From Microthyrium microscopicum (Eukaryota), in the NCBI GenBank assembly GCA_010405405.1, contig MU004231.1:2371860-2435859 (forward strand): 64,000 nt of DNA, given 5' to 3'. The position numbers and the translations under genes are program-made. Under the pieces are notes generated by a model. It was given only the letters and a program-made list of their open reading frames with translations. It had not been told where the DNA came from and searched no databases. This document shows, piece after piece, positions 40,244 to 54,400 of this stretch. Position 1 is the first letter of the stretch, and every line of letters starts with the position of its first letter.

Positions 40244-40436
40244 CCTCTTTATTAAGATTTCTTTATAAGATCTTTAGTATTCTTATTATATAATATTAAG
40301 GGCTTAGTGCCTAAGATTTAGCTAGCATAGAGCTTATCTCTTGCTAGCTCTAATCCCTCTTCTAGATTCTCTATCTTAGTTTTCTTAAATTATATCTATA
40401 TCTAGATTGCATCCTTGTATCTATAGCTCTCTAATA
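40244..40436 (+). repeat. Remainder of the split 3' LTR of the outer chromovirus (first 10 bp at 32886-32895)
   Basis: Resumes the LTR at position 11 (cctctttattaag...) and ends ctaata followed by TSD ACTTT. Confidence 0.93.
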
Positions 40437-42849
40437 ACTTTACTACTATCTATTTCTATTAAATTTAATTACTAGTAATTATAATAAAGCTCGTTTAAAG
40501 CGTCTTCTTTAGTATTATTAAAGCTATATTAATAGACTAGTTTAAAGAGAGAACTACTAATATAATAGAGCTTTAATTATATTATTAGTTAATTAAGCTT
40601 TTTACTATTTATATAATTAAAAATAAGTATATTTATATATAAAGCTAATAAACGCGTATAATAAGGATTTTAAACCTAATTAATTACTAAAAATAATCTT
40701 TCTAAGAGAATTAAGTTAGCTATAGTTTTAAATAGCTTAATAGTAATATCTAAAAGCTTTAGAACTACTATTTAAAAACATTCTTAAAAATATAGTAGTT
40801 TTTAATAAGTCTACGCTTCTTCTTCTTTATAAGATATTAAAAATACTCCCTATTGTCTTCTAAAAGATTTAAATTCCTTATAGATTTAATTAACCTCTTT
40901 TTAAGCTTTCTTTTAATTATTTTTAGTTATAGAAGAATAAGCTTAGAACTATTTTATAAGGGCCTTAATAGAAGCTAAATAACTTCCTAGTATATATATA
41001 AATTTTGTTTATTATCTTTTAGCTATGCTAATAGGCTATATAGACGCTACTCTTACTTTTAAAAAAACTCTTATAAAAAAACCTATAGTATTTTTTTAAT
41101 TGCCTTTTAATAGCCTCGTTCTAGTATTATTATAATATTCTCTTAGTCTACTACTTCTAAATAAAAAGACTTATATTATCTCTTTATAAACTATAAAGCC
41201 TACTAAAAGAATTCTAGTTAGTAGGTTAATATAGTAAATAACTAATAGTTACTAACTACTAAGGGTCTTATATAGCTTAAGTATACTATATGTTATAAAG
41301 ATTCTATACTATATATTAAGATCTTAATTCTTAATACTATCTTTATTACTAGTTTCTTTTTTAAGACTTATTTATTATCTAATTACTTAAGGCTATAGCG
41401 TCTCTTAAGATAAGTTAAATTTAGCTTTTTAGCGCCTATTTCTATTTAGTATTACTTTATTATTAAGTTTTACTATTATAGTTTAATAAGTTTTTATTAA
41501 TCTTTTCTTTCTTAGAGGCCTATAGCTATTATCCTTATATAGTTAACTTTCTATATAGTTTTATAATAAGTATATATAATACGTATTCTTAAGTTTTTAT
41601 AATTAATTTTTACTTTTAATAAGCTTTAATATTATAGTATCTCTTAGCTATATTAAGCCTTTTCTTTTAATATCTATTAAGTAAAGTACTTATAATACCT
41701 TTTAATTAAGTTTTTCTTATTAATTTATACTCTTTAATATTATATAATAAGCTATTAAATAGTAGCCTCTAAGTTTTTAATAGTTTATATAATTTACCTT
41801 TAGAATATAAAGTATCTTAAATTTATATAGTTTTAATTACTTTATCCTCTTTAAGTTTCTATTATAATTTTTATTCTTTCTAAGTTTTTTTCTAAAAGTA
41901 AGTCCTTTATAAGCTTTCCTTTCTTTTCTCTTTTTTACTTTTAGATACTTAATAAATATTCTATACTTATAAGTATTTTTCTTCTATTACCTTTAAAAAA
42001 GATAAAAACTACTTTATTTATAGATATTAAAAATTCTACTTTATTCTTAAATATAAAATTAGCTAGTCCTATTTTAACTTCTATTATAAGTTTTTTAATA
42101 TTTTTTTATATATAGTATTAAATATTATAATATAAACTATATATATCCTTAGTATAAGAATTTATTTACGCTATTTCTAAGTATTATATTATTATATAGA
42201 GTTACTTAATAGTAAGTACTTAATTAATTCTAATACGTTTATTATAGTAATTATTTATATTTATAGTTAGGCTAGCTCTAGTTAGTATCTTTATTCTTAT
42301 TATAAAGAGTAAAAGTTTAAGTATAAGACTATAAATATATCTTTACTCTTAATCTTTTACTTTTTTTAATATTATAATAAGATATTAATAGAGTTAAAAA
42401 AGTAAGGTAAACGTTTCTAATATATCTTTAATAAAATAATAGCTAACTTAGTTAATACTTATTAAGGTATAAAAGAGAGTATATTATTAAATAATAAAGA
42501 AAAAGCTATTAAGTAGGTAAAAGTTATAAATAATTTAGTAAGTAAGTTTATTAGCTATAAAGCCTAGTTTACTTTTATTATAGCTTTATTAATATAGTAG
42601 AAGAAAAAGAAGCTAAAAGTTAATATATCTATACTAAATAAAGATTTAGCTTACTTATAAGCTATTTTATTAAAGCTTTATACTTAAAGTATAAAGATAA
42701 ATATATTAGTAGAGATATCTTAATTATTAAGTAGAATAGTATTATTATTTAATAAAGAGTAGTAGATAGATATAGAATAAAATTAATTACGTTCTTAGAC
42801 TTAGCTATTTTCTTTATAATTATATATTACTAGCCTATTAGTACTATAA

Positions 42850-45800
42850 TATTATAGTTAGTTATTTATAAGATCCTTAAGTTTTAATAGTTCTCTATAC
42901 GTCTTAAGGTCTATTTTTATAATTTTTTTAGTTAGCCTAAATTACTAAAAAGCTCTACTCTTTAGTAGCTATTTAGCTACTATTTAAGTATTTCTTAGAT
43001 TAAAAAGTATATAAACTTTATTTAGTATTATTATTTATTCTAGTATTCTTTCTTTATAATATAGTAAATAGTTTAGTAGTATATAGTAAACTATTTATTA
43101 CTAATAGCTATATAGATACTATAATAGAAGTACTATTAGTACTTATATGCTATATAGCTAATTATTAAGTTTAATAACTTCTAATTATATAAGGAAGAGT
43201 ACTATTACTTATGCTTTATTAAGATTATTATAGAGTTTAATTAATTAGTTAATTTATAACGTTCTTTATACTATAGTAGTATATTGCTATATCTTTATAA
43301 GCTTTATCTAAGTATCTATTTAGAGTTTATAGTAATATACTTTAATTAAGGATATTTCTAGCTCTAGTTTAGTTTTTACCTCCTTTTTCTTTTATAGTAT
43401 ATTATTTATTAGTTATATTACTTACTTATAATTAATATCTTATTTCTACTTTATCTCTAATCTCTTTTTTTATTACTTTAATATATTAACTCTCTAAGCT
43501 ATAATTTTAGTTATATATATCTATACTAGTTTAAGTATTATTAAATTTCTTAGTTATTATTACTAAAAAAGTATTCTTTAATTCCTTAGGAAGTTTGCCT
43601 AGTATACTTTAGTAATAATTTTGCTTATTTTTTATATTACTATTAAGTCTTTATTCTTATTAATATATTCCTTTACTAAAATTATAATATTTATTTAAAG
43701 TAGTTTAATCCTTATTTTCTTATTTAATAAAGTAATAAAAATTTTTTAGTATCCTTTTATTATCTTATAAAGTATATTATTCTAAACTACTACTAGTAGT
43801 TTATAATAATCCTTTAGCGTCTTAAAAGATAATAATCTTAGATCTTATACTTATGCTTTATATATAAGAGTTAGCTTAATAACTACTATATAAAGAAGCT
43901 TTATCTTTTTAAAGACTAGTCCCTATTCTAACTATACTATTCTTAAAAGTACTATTACTTACTTAAATTCTTTAGTTCTAATCTTTTTAATATAGTCTTT
44001 CTAGTTTATTTTTCTATCTACTTATATACTTAGTATTTTAATACTCTCTAGTATAAGCTTAGTAAATATACTATTTACTATTACTATAGATTATAAGTCT
44101 ACTTTTAAATAGTAAATATTCTAAGTAAAGTATATTACTTAATATTTATTAAGAGTAAACTTTATACTATATTTATTTACTTAGTTAGTATACTTTTAGT
44201 AAGCCTCTTCTAGTCTTATATAATTCTTTTAAATAATATTACTCTATATAACTAATATAGTATTATTTATAAACTTAAATCTAAAAATATTATTACTTAT
44301 ATCTTAGAAGTATTCTAGTAGTTTTAATATAAAGAAGAGAAAGAAAATAAATAAGAAGAAGAATTTTTAAAGAATTTTTATATTAGTTATTATTACTAGG
44401 CTTTAATACCTAGTAAATATAATTTAGGTTATATAATTAGTAGTAAAGCTTACTATTATATTAATTAGCTACTAAAAAACTTTCTTTATCTCTAGGATAT
44501 AAAGGAGTTTCTTTAGATTAATATTATTATATACTCCTTAAAGATTAAGGCTAAGTATTAATACTATAGCTTTTACGTTTCTTTTCTATATTATTTTAAT
44601 AGTACTTCTTAGGAGCTATACTATTATTAGTATTAACTACCTTACCTTAGCCTCTCTCTAGTTTTAAAATAGTAGGTTATTATTTTCTATAAGTTAGGTA
44701 AGTCTATTAGTAATAATCTTTTTAACTAACTTTACTATAATATTCTTAAAAATAATTAACTAATAAGCTAATAGTAGTAAGTAGTCTTTTTTACTTAGCT
44801 TTTTTAGTACTAGCGTATAAAATTACTTTAGGTATTCTAAGATTATATTACTTATTAGTATTTTGCTAATTATAGGTACTAATCTTTTACTAAATTTTAT
44901 TAGTTTTAGATTATTACCCTTCTTTTTAAGCTATACTTTAAGCCTAAGAGCCTTTAAAACTTTATTTAGTATATTAATAGGTTTTATTACTTTATAATTT
45001 AAGAGGCTACTAATTACGTAATTTATCTCTTTTATTATTATTTTATAGTCTATTTCTAGTTTTAGAAATAAAATAGTATTCTTTATATTACTTAGGTCTA
45101 CTACCTTAGTTTAAAGGAAGAACTTTATAGATAGTATATTTACTTTATTTTAATTATTATAGGTATAGTTATTACTAGTTATCTATCTAAGTATTAGTAA
45201 ATATAAATCTTCTTTTAGTTTACTAGCTTTAGCTCTTATTTACTTATTTATTCTTTATAGGTCTTAGTTCTTATAGCGCTTATAATTCTTTATAATTCTT
45301 TTTATAAAAGTCTACTAAGATACTACTTTATTCTAATATAGAGATTTCCTTAGCTAAGCTATAACTAATTTATATATATACTTATTTTAATTATTCCTTA
45401 TTTAAAAGTATCTTCTCCTTATATAGCGTTTTTCTTATATTAATAAAGTAGTTATAAATAACTATTTATATAAAGCTTACTTTAAAGGTTTTACTTTTAG
45501 GTAGTAAATCTTTAATACTTCTATTATTATCTTATATAAGGCTTTTATTAATATATCTTTAATATCTTATAAGTTATTATTTACGTATTTAATAAATTAT
45601 TTTATATCTAGTTTTTATATATTATATTATACTTTTAGTATATACTTTTCTTATCTTAAGGTAAGTTAGATTAGTACTAGGATATAATCTTTTATTAGTA
45701 TCTAAGTATTAACTAGACTATAGAACTTTAGTCTTTCTTAAAAGAATTAAGATATAAATATAAGATTAATTACTATTTTTATTATTCTTACTCCTTTTTC

Positions 45801-47650
45801 TTTACGTAATTTATAAATTAGCTTTTCTTCTAATATACTTAAGTAGAGTCTTTACTAAATTGTATTATAGAGTAAAGTATTTACTTAAGGTTTAATAACT
45901 AATATTACGTTTTTTTATTAATAGTAGTAATAATTAAAGTTTTCTATTAATAAGATCTCTTTTTCTACTTTATTAATTACTTTTATTAGTATTAGGTATT
46001 TAGTAATATAATTATAGTTACTTACTACTAAACCTTTACTATATATATTAATAATTATTAGTATTATATATCTATACTAGAGGTATAGTATTAAAATAAA
46101 TTAGTTATAATATCTTATTTACTAGTTTCCTATATTAAGTATCTTACTTATTATAAAGTATACTCTTAATTAATTATTTTAGTTATATACTAAAGTGTAG
46201 CTAAAAGGGTAGTATATTCCTCCTAGCTTTATAATTCTTCTAAGGTCTTAGATTACTATAATTAATTACTTAGTATTATTTAGTAAATTAAAGAATAGCT
46301 TTACTTTTCTTTTATTTAATTTTTTATAATTATATTATATAATATTAATATTATTTATTTAAGTTTATTATTTAAATTTTGCTTATTTTATTACTAAAGG
46401 TTAGTCTAAAGTCATCTATAGCTTATTCTACTCTCTTACGATTATTTTTTTATTATTCTTTTAAAGCGCTATCTTTTATAGTTTATAAGCTATTATTATC
46501 TCTATTAAAGTTAAATATGCTTATAATTAATTTTTAAGTATTCTAAATTAGGTTATTATATACCTTATTCTTTATCTCTTATAATATTAATAGTCTTTTA
46601 GGATTCTTAGTCTTTACTTTTCTTTTCTTTATACTATTTACTATAATATATTTATTATTATCTATAAGCTAAATTAGTATAGTTTAGGTAGGTAACGTAG
46701 CTTTTATTTATTTTATATATTTTTTATTTACTACTAAAAATTCTTTTATACTCTTAAAGTAAGTTTAGTATACTTTATATATATTCTTCTACTATATATA
46801 GTATTCTTAGTTTTACTTTTTCTCTTTTCTTCTTTTTTTCTTATTATTTTTATAATTAGAGTATTAAACTAGGCTTATCTTAGTATAGTCCTTAGTATTA
46901 TAATTATTTATATATTTACTATAGTTTAGTTTATACTAAGTATAAGCTATTTATATATAGCTCTAAACTTAGTAGTAAAAGTACTATTTAGTAGTATATT
47001 TTAAGTTATATAATTTAGTAAAAAGCTTCTTTACTTTAATAATAAACTTCTTTTAAATAATCTTATCCTTTATTATTATTATTAAATAGAATAGTATAAG
47101 TAATTCCTTAGTATATACCTTTTTATACTTTTCTAATTCTTTTTTTATTTATTTATACTCTACGTCTTTATAAAGCTACTAGACTATTTCTATCTCTAGG
47201 CGTTTAAACCTTATCTTATTTCTATTAACTAATTCTTTAATTAATTTATTATTATTTATATTCTTATTATAAGCTACGTCTAGTTTAAGTAGAGCTTTTA
47301 AGATTTCTATTAAATAGTTTTATTATAAAATCTAGACTTTATCTAAGCCTACTTAGTATAGCTTATTTTAGATATAGTCCTTATTTAATTATATATTAAC
47401 TATAATGTTAATATTCTTACTAGATAGTGGCTTAATAGCTATTACCTATAAGATAGTTTTCTTAATCTTTTTAAATAGCTTTACTTTATCTTACTTATTT
47501 TTTTCTAATATATTTTTAACTACTTTTATAATATTAATTTAAACTATTAAGCTTATAAAGAAAGCTTTTTAATTAGAGATTAATAAATTAAGTCCTTTTA
47601 TAACCTTTACCTAAAAGTTAGGAGTTATTTTAATTTTAGTAATCTACTTC
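42850..47650 (-). mobile_element. RIP-inactivated Tad1-like LINE (ORF1 CCHC, APE endonuclease, RT); ends approximate
   Basis: Minus-strand de-RIPped motifs: ORF1 knuckles QCFxCQVWGH...C and CGKCADDHDTKDC ~46990-46880; APE VIDLTF...EDHIPV ~45780-45675; RT EKIIADRL...NLLPWNQ...SLDLQGAYDNV ~44730-44520, GIPQGS ~44380, FGFVDD ~44270; C-terminal Cys/His remnant ~43100. Confidence 0.85.
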
Positions 47651-48567
47651 GTAATTATATTAAGTTTTTAATTAAGATATACCTTAAGGCATATTAATAG
47701 AAAAGCCTTATTTATAATTAGAGCTAGGTAAAATACTAGTTATTTAATATAGTTTTATATTATAATAAAGAACGCATAGTATTATATAAAATTAGCTATT
47801 AGCTAGTTAAAGAATAGTTATATTAAATCTCTCTCTTTAAATATAAGTCTTTCTAATAGTACTTTAATTCCTCTTTATGTTTCTATAAGTAGTAGTTTTA
47901 TATTGTTTTTTTATTTTTATATTACCTTATTTTTAATATAGGTAACCTTTATAGTAATAATAGCTATGTATTATAAATCTTTATTTATCTTTATAGCGCT
48001 AGCTATTACTTACGTCTAGTTAAAAGTTATATCGTTATAATAGTCTTAATAAGACGAATCTAATAATAATAGTTTTATAGAATAATTCTAAGAAATTAAT
48101 CTTTTAGTACAATAATGCTTCTAACTTCCTAGTAATAAAGAATTATTAGGATCTACGTTAGTAGAATTTAAAGCTAAAGCTAGGCGGTTATTATTAGTAA
48201 CCTATTTATAGAACTTCTTATTAAGTAATTATTATAGTTCGTCCTAAATATACTAAATTCAACTAATCTTAGGATATTCTATAGTAAGATTACCTTAATC
48301 TAATCTAACTACGTGCTATCCTTTTATTACTTTGTCTAAATAGTATTTTAATCCCTCTAATTCCTTTTAAGTAATATAAATAGGCTTTAGGATACAATAA
48401 AGAAGTTAAACATCTTATTAGAATTAAGGGTTTTTTATAAGATTAAAAACTACCTTATTTTTAGCTTTTATAGCTTAAGTATCTCTAAAAATAGAAATAG
48501 ATTAAGTAAAAGCTTTAATAGATATAGTACTTCTATTTAAAGAACTAATAACGCTAAATTAGGACTC

Positions 48568-51200
48568 TGTTAGAGATTAGGGTTATAGAGTAGGTAAAAA
48601 GGTTATAAGATACTTAATAGATTAGGTATATAGAAACGAGAATAGGAGTAATTACTAAGGAACTATAAAAGGATTCCTTAGCCTCTATCTTATTACTTAG
48701 AAACTTCTAAGGTTTCTCTCTAAGCTAAAGTAATCTATCTATAAGCTAAGCTACCTTAGAAGTATATTTAACTACTAATTATAATAGTTAGGAACTTATT
48801 AATTCTCTTAACTATAGAATATACTAAAACTAAAGAAGTAGCTCTACTAGCTTTTAATAGCTATTAAGCTAAAGTACTTAGGCTATAATACCTATCTTAA
48901 AGAGTTTATTAGGTTTAATTCTTAATATTATCTCCTTAATAAGAACTTAAACGTTCTTATAGGTTTTTAAAAGGTTAACTATATTCTAATAGTACTAATA
49001 CGCTTTAAGGTATATTATATTATAATAATATAAACTACTTAGCTACTATTTAGCTAGCTAGATAATAATCTTAATAAATCTTAATAAACTTATTATTAGT
49101 TTTAAATATTACTTAAAGAGGTACTCCTTAAATAACGATTTATAAAGCTAAACGTTATTATTAAGTATCTATTTAGGTTTATTTAGGTTTATTAAGGACT
49201 TAAGCGTTTTTAAGTTTCCTTAGATTATTATCTTAAGCCTACCTAATTTATAAGTCATTATCTATTAAGGGTAACTTCTCTTTTTAGAATCTTTACTTAT
49301 AGTAAGAATTAATATTAAAGCTTTCCTTAATAAGAAGTACTTAATAAAGTAAGTATTTATCTTCTACTAACTTAATTAAATAAGAGAGTATTAAATAAAG
49401 TATATTTAATCTTATAATTATATACTTCTTCTAATTCTTTTTTATTTTATTTTTATAGAATTAAGGTATATATCTAAGTAAACTCTAACTAACTAAGTAA
49501 AGCTTACCTTTATAAATAGAGCTATAGTATAAAAATAAGTCCTAACTAGTATTCCTAATATTTTACTAGTAACTTCCTTATAAATCTACTTAATATACTT
49601 TATACTTTTTTATATCTATTCTTTTTAATAGCTATTATAAAGAATAAAGTAAGAGCTAATAAGGTTCTAAATAAACCTAATCTATTTTTATTTAATGCTT
49701 CTAAGGTTTCTAAGAATACTATTACTTTACTAAAGACTCTAATTATTAACGTTACAAAACTAGCTAATTCTACTAATACTAATATTACTAAAAAGGTAAC
49801 TAACTAGGTTAAATTTATTAATAGTATTAAAATTAATATTAATAATAACTATATTAAACTATTAAGTTTACGCTACTTCTCTAAAGAGCTTTTAGAATTT
49901 AAGAAGATTAAAAAAAATACTATTTAAGCTAAGAAAAAAGAAAAAGCTTCTAAACGTAACTATAAAGATAAGTTTAAACCTTCTTAGCTTAATATAAAGT
50001 AAATACGTTCTAATAATATTATACGTATTAATAAGGCTTAAGCTTAGTTTAAATTATACTAAACCTTCCTTATCTATAATATATTAATTAATTATAGTTA
50101 ATTAAATAATAAACGTCTTCTATATAACTTTAATAATAATAAGATAGAACTATTTAATATAGATAAGTCTATTTTATATAAGAATAAGGCTAAATTAATT
50201 ATTAAATAGTTTCTTATACTTAATTTATATTAGTAATATATTAAAGTATATACTAAGACCTTTTTATATATTAATCTAAAGAATTAGTACTATATAACTT
50301 ATAAGAACTATGTATTAGCTTTTAAGATTTAAAATAGTTACTATTATATAACCTATAAAATTATAAAGTCTTATTAATAGTATCTTAAAGTAAGTTATTC
50401 CTAATTAGTTTAATTTAAATCTAATTATTACTAATTATTTCTTAAGTTATTTCTTATAAGAAGGATATTATTAAGAACCTCTTTACGAAGTATTATAATA
50501 TATTAAAGATTTACGTACTTTACTAATAAACCTATAATAATAATTTAAATAAGTATAATATAAGTTAGCTCCTTTATACTAAAAAAGTAATTTACGTTAC
50601 TAATAAAAACGTTATAAAGTTTATTTAAATATAAGTAAACCTTTTTATTATACTTAGGTTTAAACTAATATAAATAGATATATCTATATTAATACTATAA
50701 ATAATATCTTTTCTCTATATTCTAATATTACTAAGAGTAAATATAATAGTATCTATATAATACTAATATATTATAAAAATAATAAGAAGATCCTTATAGC
50801 TAAAAAGGCTACTTATTATATTAAAATAGCTCTACTTAAAGCTACTATTAGTATTACTTATATTAAGTATTATAATAATCTCTATACTTATTATTATAGA
50901 TTTAAATTGTTTATAAATAGTAGCTAAAAGAATATAAGTACTCTAATTATATTACTTAGATTCTAACTAACTCTATTCTAAGTTATAAATACTTTATTAT
51001 ATTAAATTAGTAAGCTTATTAATATTATAAAGATACTTACTTCTTAATAAGCTAATAATATTAAAAAGAAGAAGAAGGCTTTTAATATAAGTTAGTTTAT
51101 AACCCTTTAAAGCTAGATTAATAAGTATAAGCTTAGTTTAAGTAAGTAGATAATTCTTTATTATTATTTAATTATAATAAATTAGATTAATTCTAATAAT
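48568..51200 (+). mobile_element. Possible LTR retrotransposon 5' fragment (Copia-like?), candidate LTR 48568-48786
   Basis: TGTTAG start, TATAAAAG followed by a pyrimidine-rich stretch, ...ATAATA end. Weak downstream motifs (PSL...LIxxGQL ~50090, WHLxVGH-like ~50378). No partner LTR, RT or TSD seen. Confidence 0.35.
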
Positions 51201-51499
51201 AATAATTTAGAAACTAAAGAGTCTAAAGAGTAAATATAATATTTAGTAAATATATTTAGTATTAGGTTAATATATTTAGTATTTAATAAGTAAAGTTAGT
51301 TATATTTTAGATTTATTATAAGCTATTTATTAGTGCTTAATAGCTATTAGATTCTATTTAAACTAATTTATATAAATAGTATAAGATAGTTTCTTTTAAT
51401 AAAATACTTTTTTAAATTTCTAAGTTCTTTCTTATAAACCTAGATAGTACCTAAGAGTATATTTTTATAAATTTAAAATTATTATTTTAAGGTATTTAA

Positions 51500-54400
51500 A
51501 AGGTACTCTTTTAAGGGTTAATAAGTAAAGCTAAAGTAATATTAATAGTTTTAGGTTTAGGTTTAAAATTAGTTCTATATCTAGTTTTAGATTTTCTCTA
51601 AGTCTTTTTTATTTAGATTATATTTATATATATATTTATAAAAACCTATTTATTCTAAGGTATTATAATAATACTATTTAGATACTATTTAGTTTTATCT
51701 AAATAAGCTTATCTTAATTATAAGTAAAGTAAATTATTATTATATATCTATATATACTATAAAATAATTACGCTTTTATACTTATTTTTTTTATAAAAAA
51801 AGGCTTATTCTAAGTCTTATTATAATTATTTTAGTCTACTTAGCCCTTTCTTAATTAATATAGATTTAGTAAGCGCTAAAAACTTCTTTAGATATTTTCT
51901 TAGCTTCTTAGGCTCTAAATAAGGTTTATTTAAGTTAAGTTATTTTAAGTTATATTTAGTTACTTCTATTAGAGCTAATTTAGCTAAAAAGATACTCTTT
52001 TTCTTTAACTTTTCTTAATAACGCTTTAGCGTAATTAAAAAGAAGTTACTAATAGATTCTTAGCTTACTTTAAATATAGAATAATTCTTCTACTTTACTT
52101 TATAGTAATAAGTACTATCTTTATTAACCTTATATTTAATTACGTTTTTAATCTTATAGTAGTTAGTTTCTTTAGAGTTTAAGGTTTTTTAAGGTAAGAC
52201 TATTTACTATAAAAAGCGTATATTAAGTATATATTATTATAATAAAGAAATATAAAAAATATTATAAACTAAAGTATTCTTAAGTAGGTTAATATAGTAT
52301 ATATTATAGTTAATAATCTCTATTACTTTAAAAAAGCTTATATATTTAATATCTAGTTTCTTTTTAGACTTAGCTATTCTAATATTCTTTATATTAAGTA
52401 GAACTTAATTATTTACTTTTAAGATAACGTTCTTATAGCTTTTATTATAGTATTTAGCTTATAAAGTTTAAACATTCTCTAAATAAGCCTAAAGAGCTTT
52501 TTAGAAAGATAGAATATATTCTATTAGTTCCTTTACGTTAAGAATAATATTTATTAAGTATTCTTTAGGTACTTTTAGTATATATAGGTATCTATTTATA
52601 TATATTATAAATAGAATAATACTAATTAAGCTATATATACTATTATTATATATAAACTTAGTAGAATTAAGCTTTTTAGCCTAATTATTCTACTTCTAGT
52701 TATAGTAGATATATAAATAGTACTTAATTTTTTAGTTTTAATGCTCTATTTATTTATCTATTTAGGGTTAAAATATAATAGATAGCTTCTATTAGATCTT
52801 TAAGTAGTAAAGAAATATATTTTAAAACTTAGAAATAAATATAAGGCCTTTATTAAATATAATTATATTTAGTATACTATAGAGTTATACTACCTTATAT
52901 AAGAAAAGCTTAGTAAGATTATTTATATTTATATTTTTATAATAGAGTACGTAATAAGCTATTTTAATTAGCTTATAAATAACTACTATAATAAAGTTAT
53001 ATAGCTATTCTTAAAAGACGTTTAAGAGTAAGTTAATAATAAAATTAATTATAATATCTTTTTAGAAGGCTATTAGTACTAATAAGAGTAGAAAAAGCCT
53101 ATTTTAGCCTTATTTAATAGATATATTTTATTTATAATCTAAATAGGCTATATAATACTTTTAAATATCCTTATTAATATTATTCTAAGTATAATAGCGT
53201 TAAATCTTCTTTAACGTCTTACGTTAGCCTTTATAGTCTTTTTTTAGAAAGTTATTATAAAAATATTAAAGAACTTAAACTTTACTATTCTTTATAATAA
53301 CTTCTATCTATAGGTAAGTCTATTTATCTTTTATTAACTTAATAGAAAAGCTATTAAGTATATTTAATATAGTAATAATATCTACTTTCTAAGAATTATT
53401 TCTTAAGTACTATAATAAAGTACTAATAGATATAACTAAGGCGTTAATAAACCTAATTAAGTTTTTATTAAGCTTAAAGGCCTTAAATAATTATAGTTTA
53501 TCTTAAATAAGGTTTAATAAAGTATTTATAGTTTTTTTTTACTTTATATTATTTAAGAAGACGTAGTTTAGTCTTTATAAAGGCTTATTTATAGAGTTCA
53601 TCTTTTTTAAATAGTACTTAATATTAAACTTAAACTTAGTAAGGAAATCTACTTATTTTATATATATAATAAAGATGTTTTAAGACGTATTAAGTAAATA
53701 AAAGTTTATATAATCTATTAGAATTAAGAACTTTAGAATATTATATAAGTATTTACAAAAGACTTTTATAAAATTAATAATAGCTAAGAATTCCTATTAT
53801 AAGGTTTTATAGTAGCTCTTAGGTTCTAATAGCTTTTTTAAGTAAAACGCTATAAGTTGCTATTAGCCTTTTTAGTCTAACTTAGTTTACTTTTAGCTTA
53901 AAATACTATAAATTACTTATTTAGAGGCGTCTATTTCTAAATAGATTTTTAATATAGGATTATAATAAGTAAGAATTAATATATACGTAAAGATAGCCTT
54001 TAAGTTATTAAAAGATTAAATAGCTTTAAAAGGAAGGTTAATAAGAATTAATTCCTTATTATATAGCTATTAATTTTTTAAAGCCTACCTTAGAAGCTTC
54101 TTAATTAAAGAATTTAATAAGGAAGTAATATAGGAAAAGTTAGTAATAAAATATTAATAATAGTTTATAAAGCTAATAAACTCTTTTATTTAGTACATAT
54201 TACATAGTATTAGTTAATTTATAATTATTATAATTCGTTCTAATTTTATTATAGTACTATCTAAGGTTATAATATATTTAAGATACTTAGTTTAATCTAT
54301 ATAGAAGCTATACTTTAATAGTTTAGCGTATAACTTAAACTTAATAAGTCTTTTAAGTATCTTTTTTATATATTTAATGTAATCTTTTTTATTTTTAGAA

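Larger units (their letters stand above)
25756..40436 (+). mobile_element. Full-length Ty3/Gypsy chromovirus, outer copy (7,333 bp excluding the nested insert), heavily RIP-mutated
   Basis: TSD ACTTT at 25751-25755 and 40437-40441. 5' LTR 25756-25958. PPT aaaggaaggagtat ends at 32885. Pol motifs: protease INISSS (IDTGGS) ~28650, RT YLDNILI (YLDDILI) ~29838, RNase H KTNASN (ETDASD) ~30291 and NYNIYNKELL ~30402, integrase LSNYRS*FT (LSDRGSQFT) ~31605, chromodomain-like E*LVNYII...L*YKVKF ~32343-32530. Confidence 0.95.

Noticed and set aside
25756..40436. Giant inverted repeat as an assembly fold-back artefact
   Set aside because: The arms differ by many RIP transitions and a 10-bp indel, and two independent TSD pairs are present.
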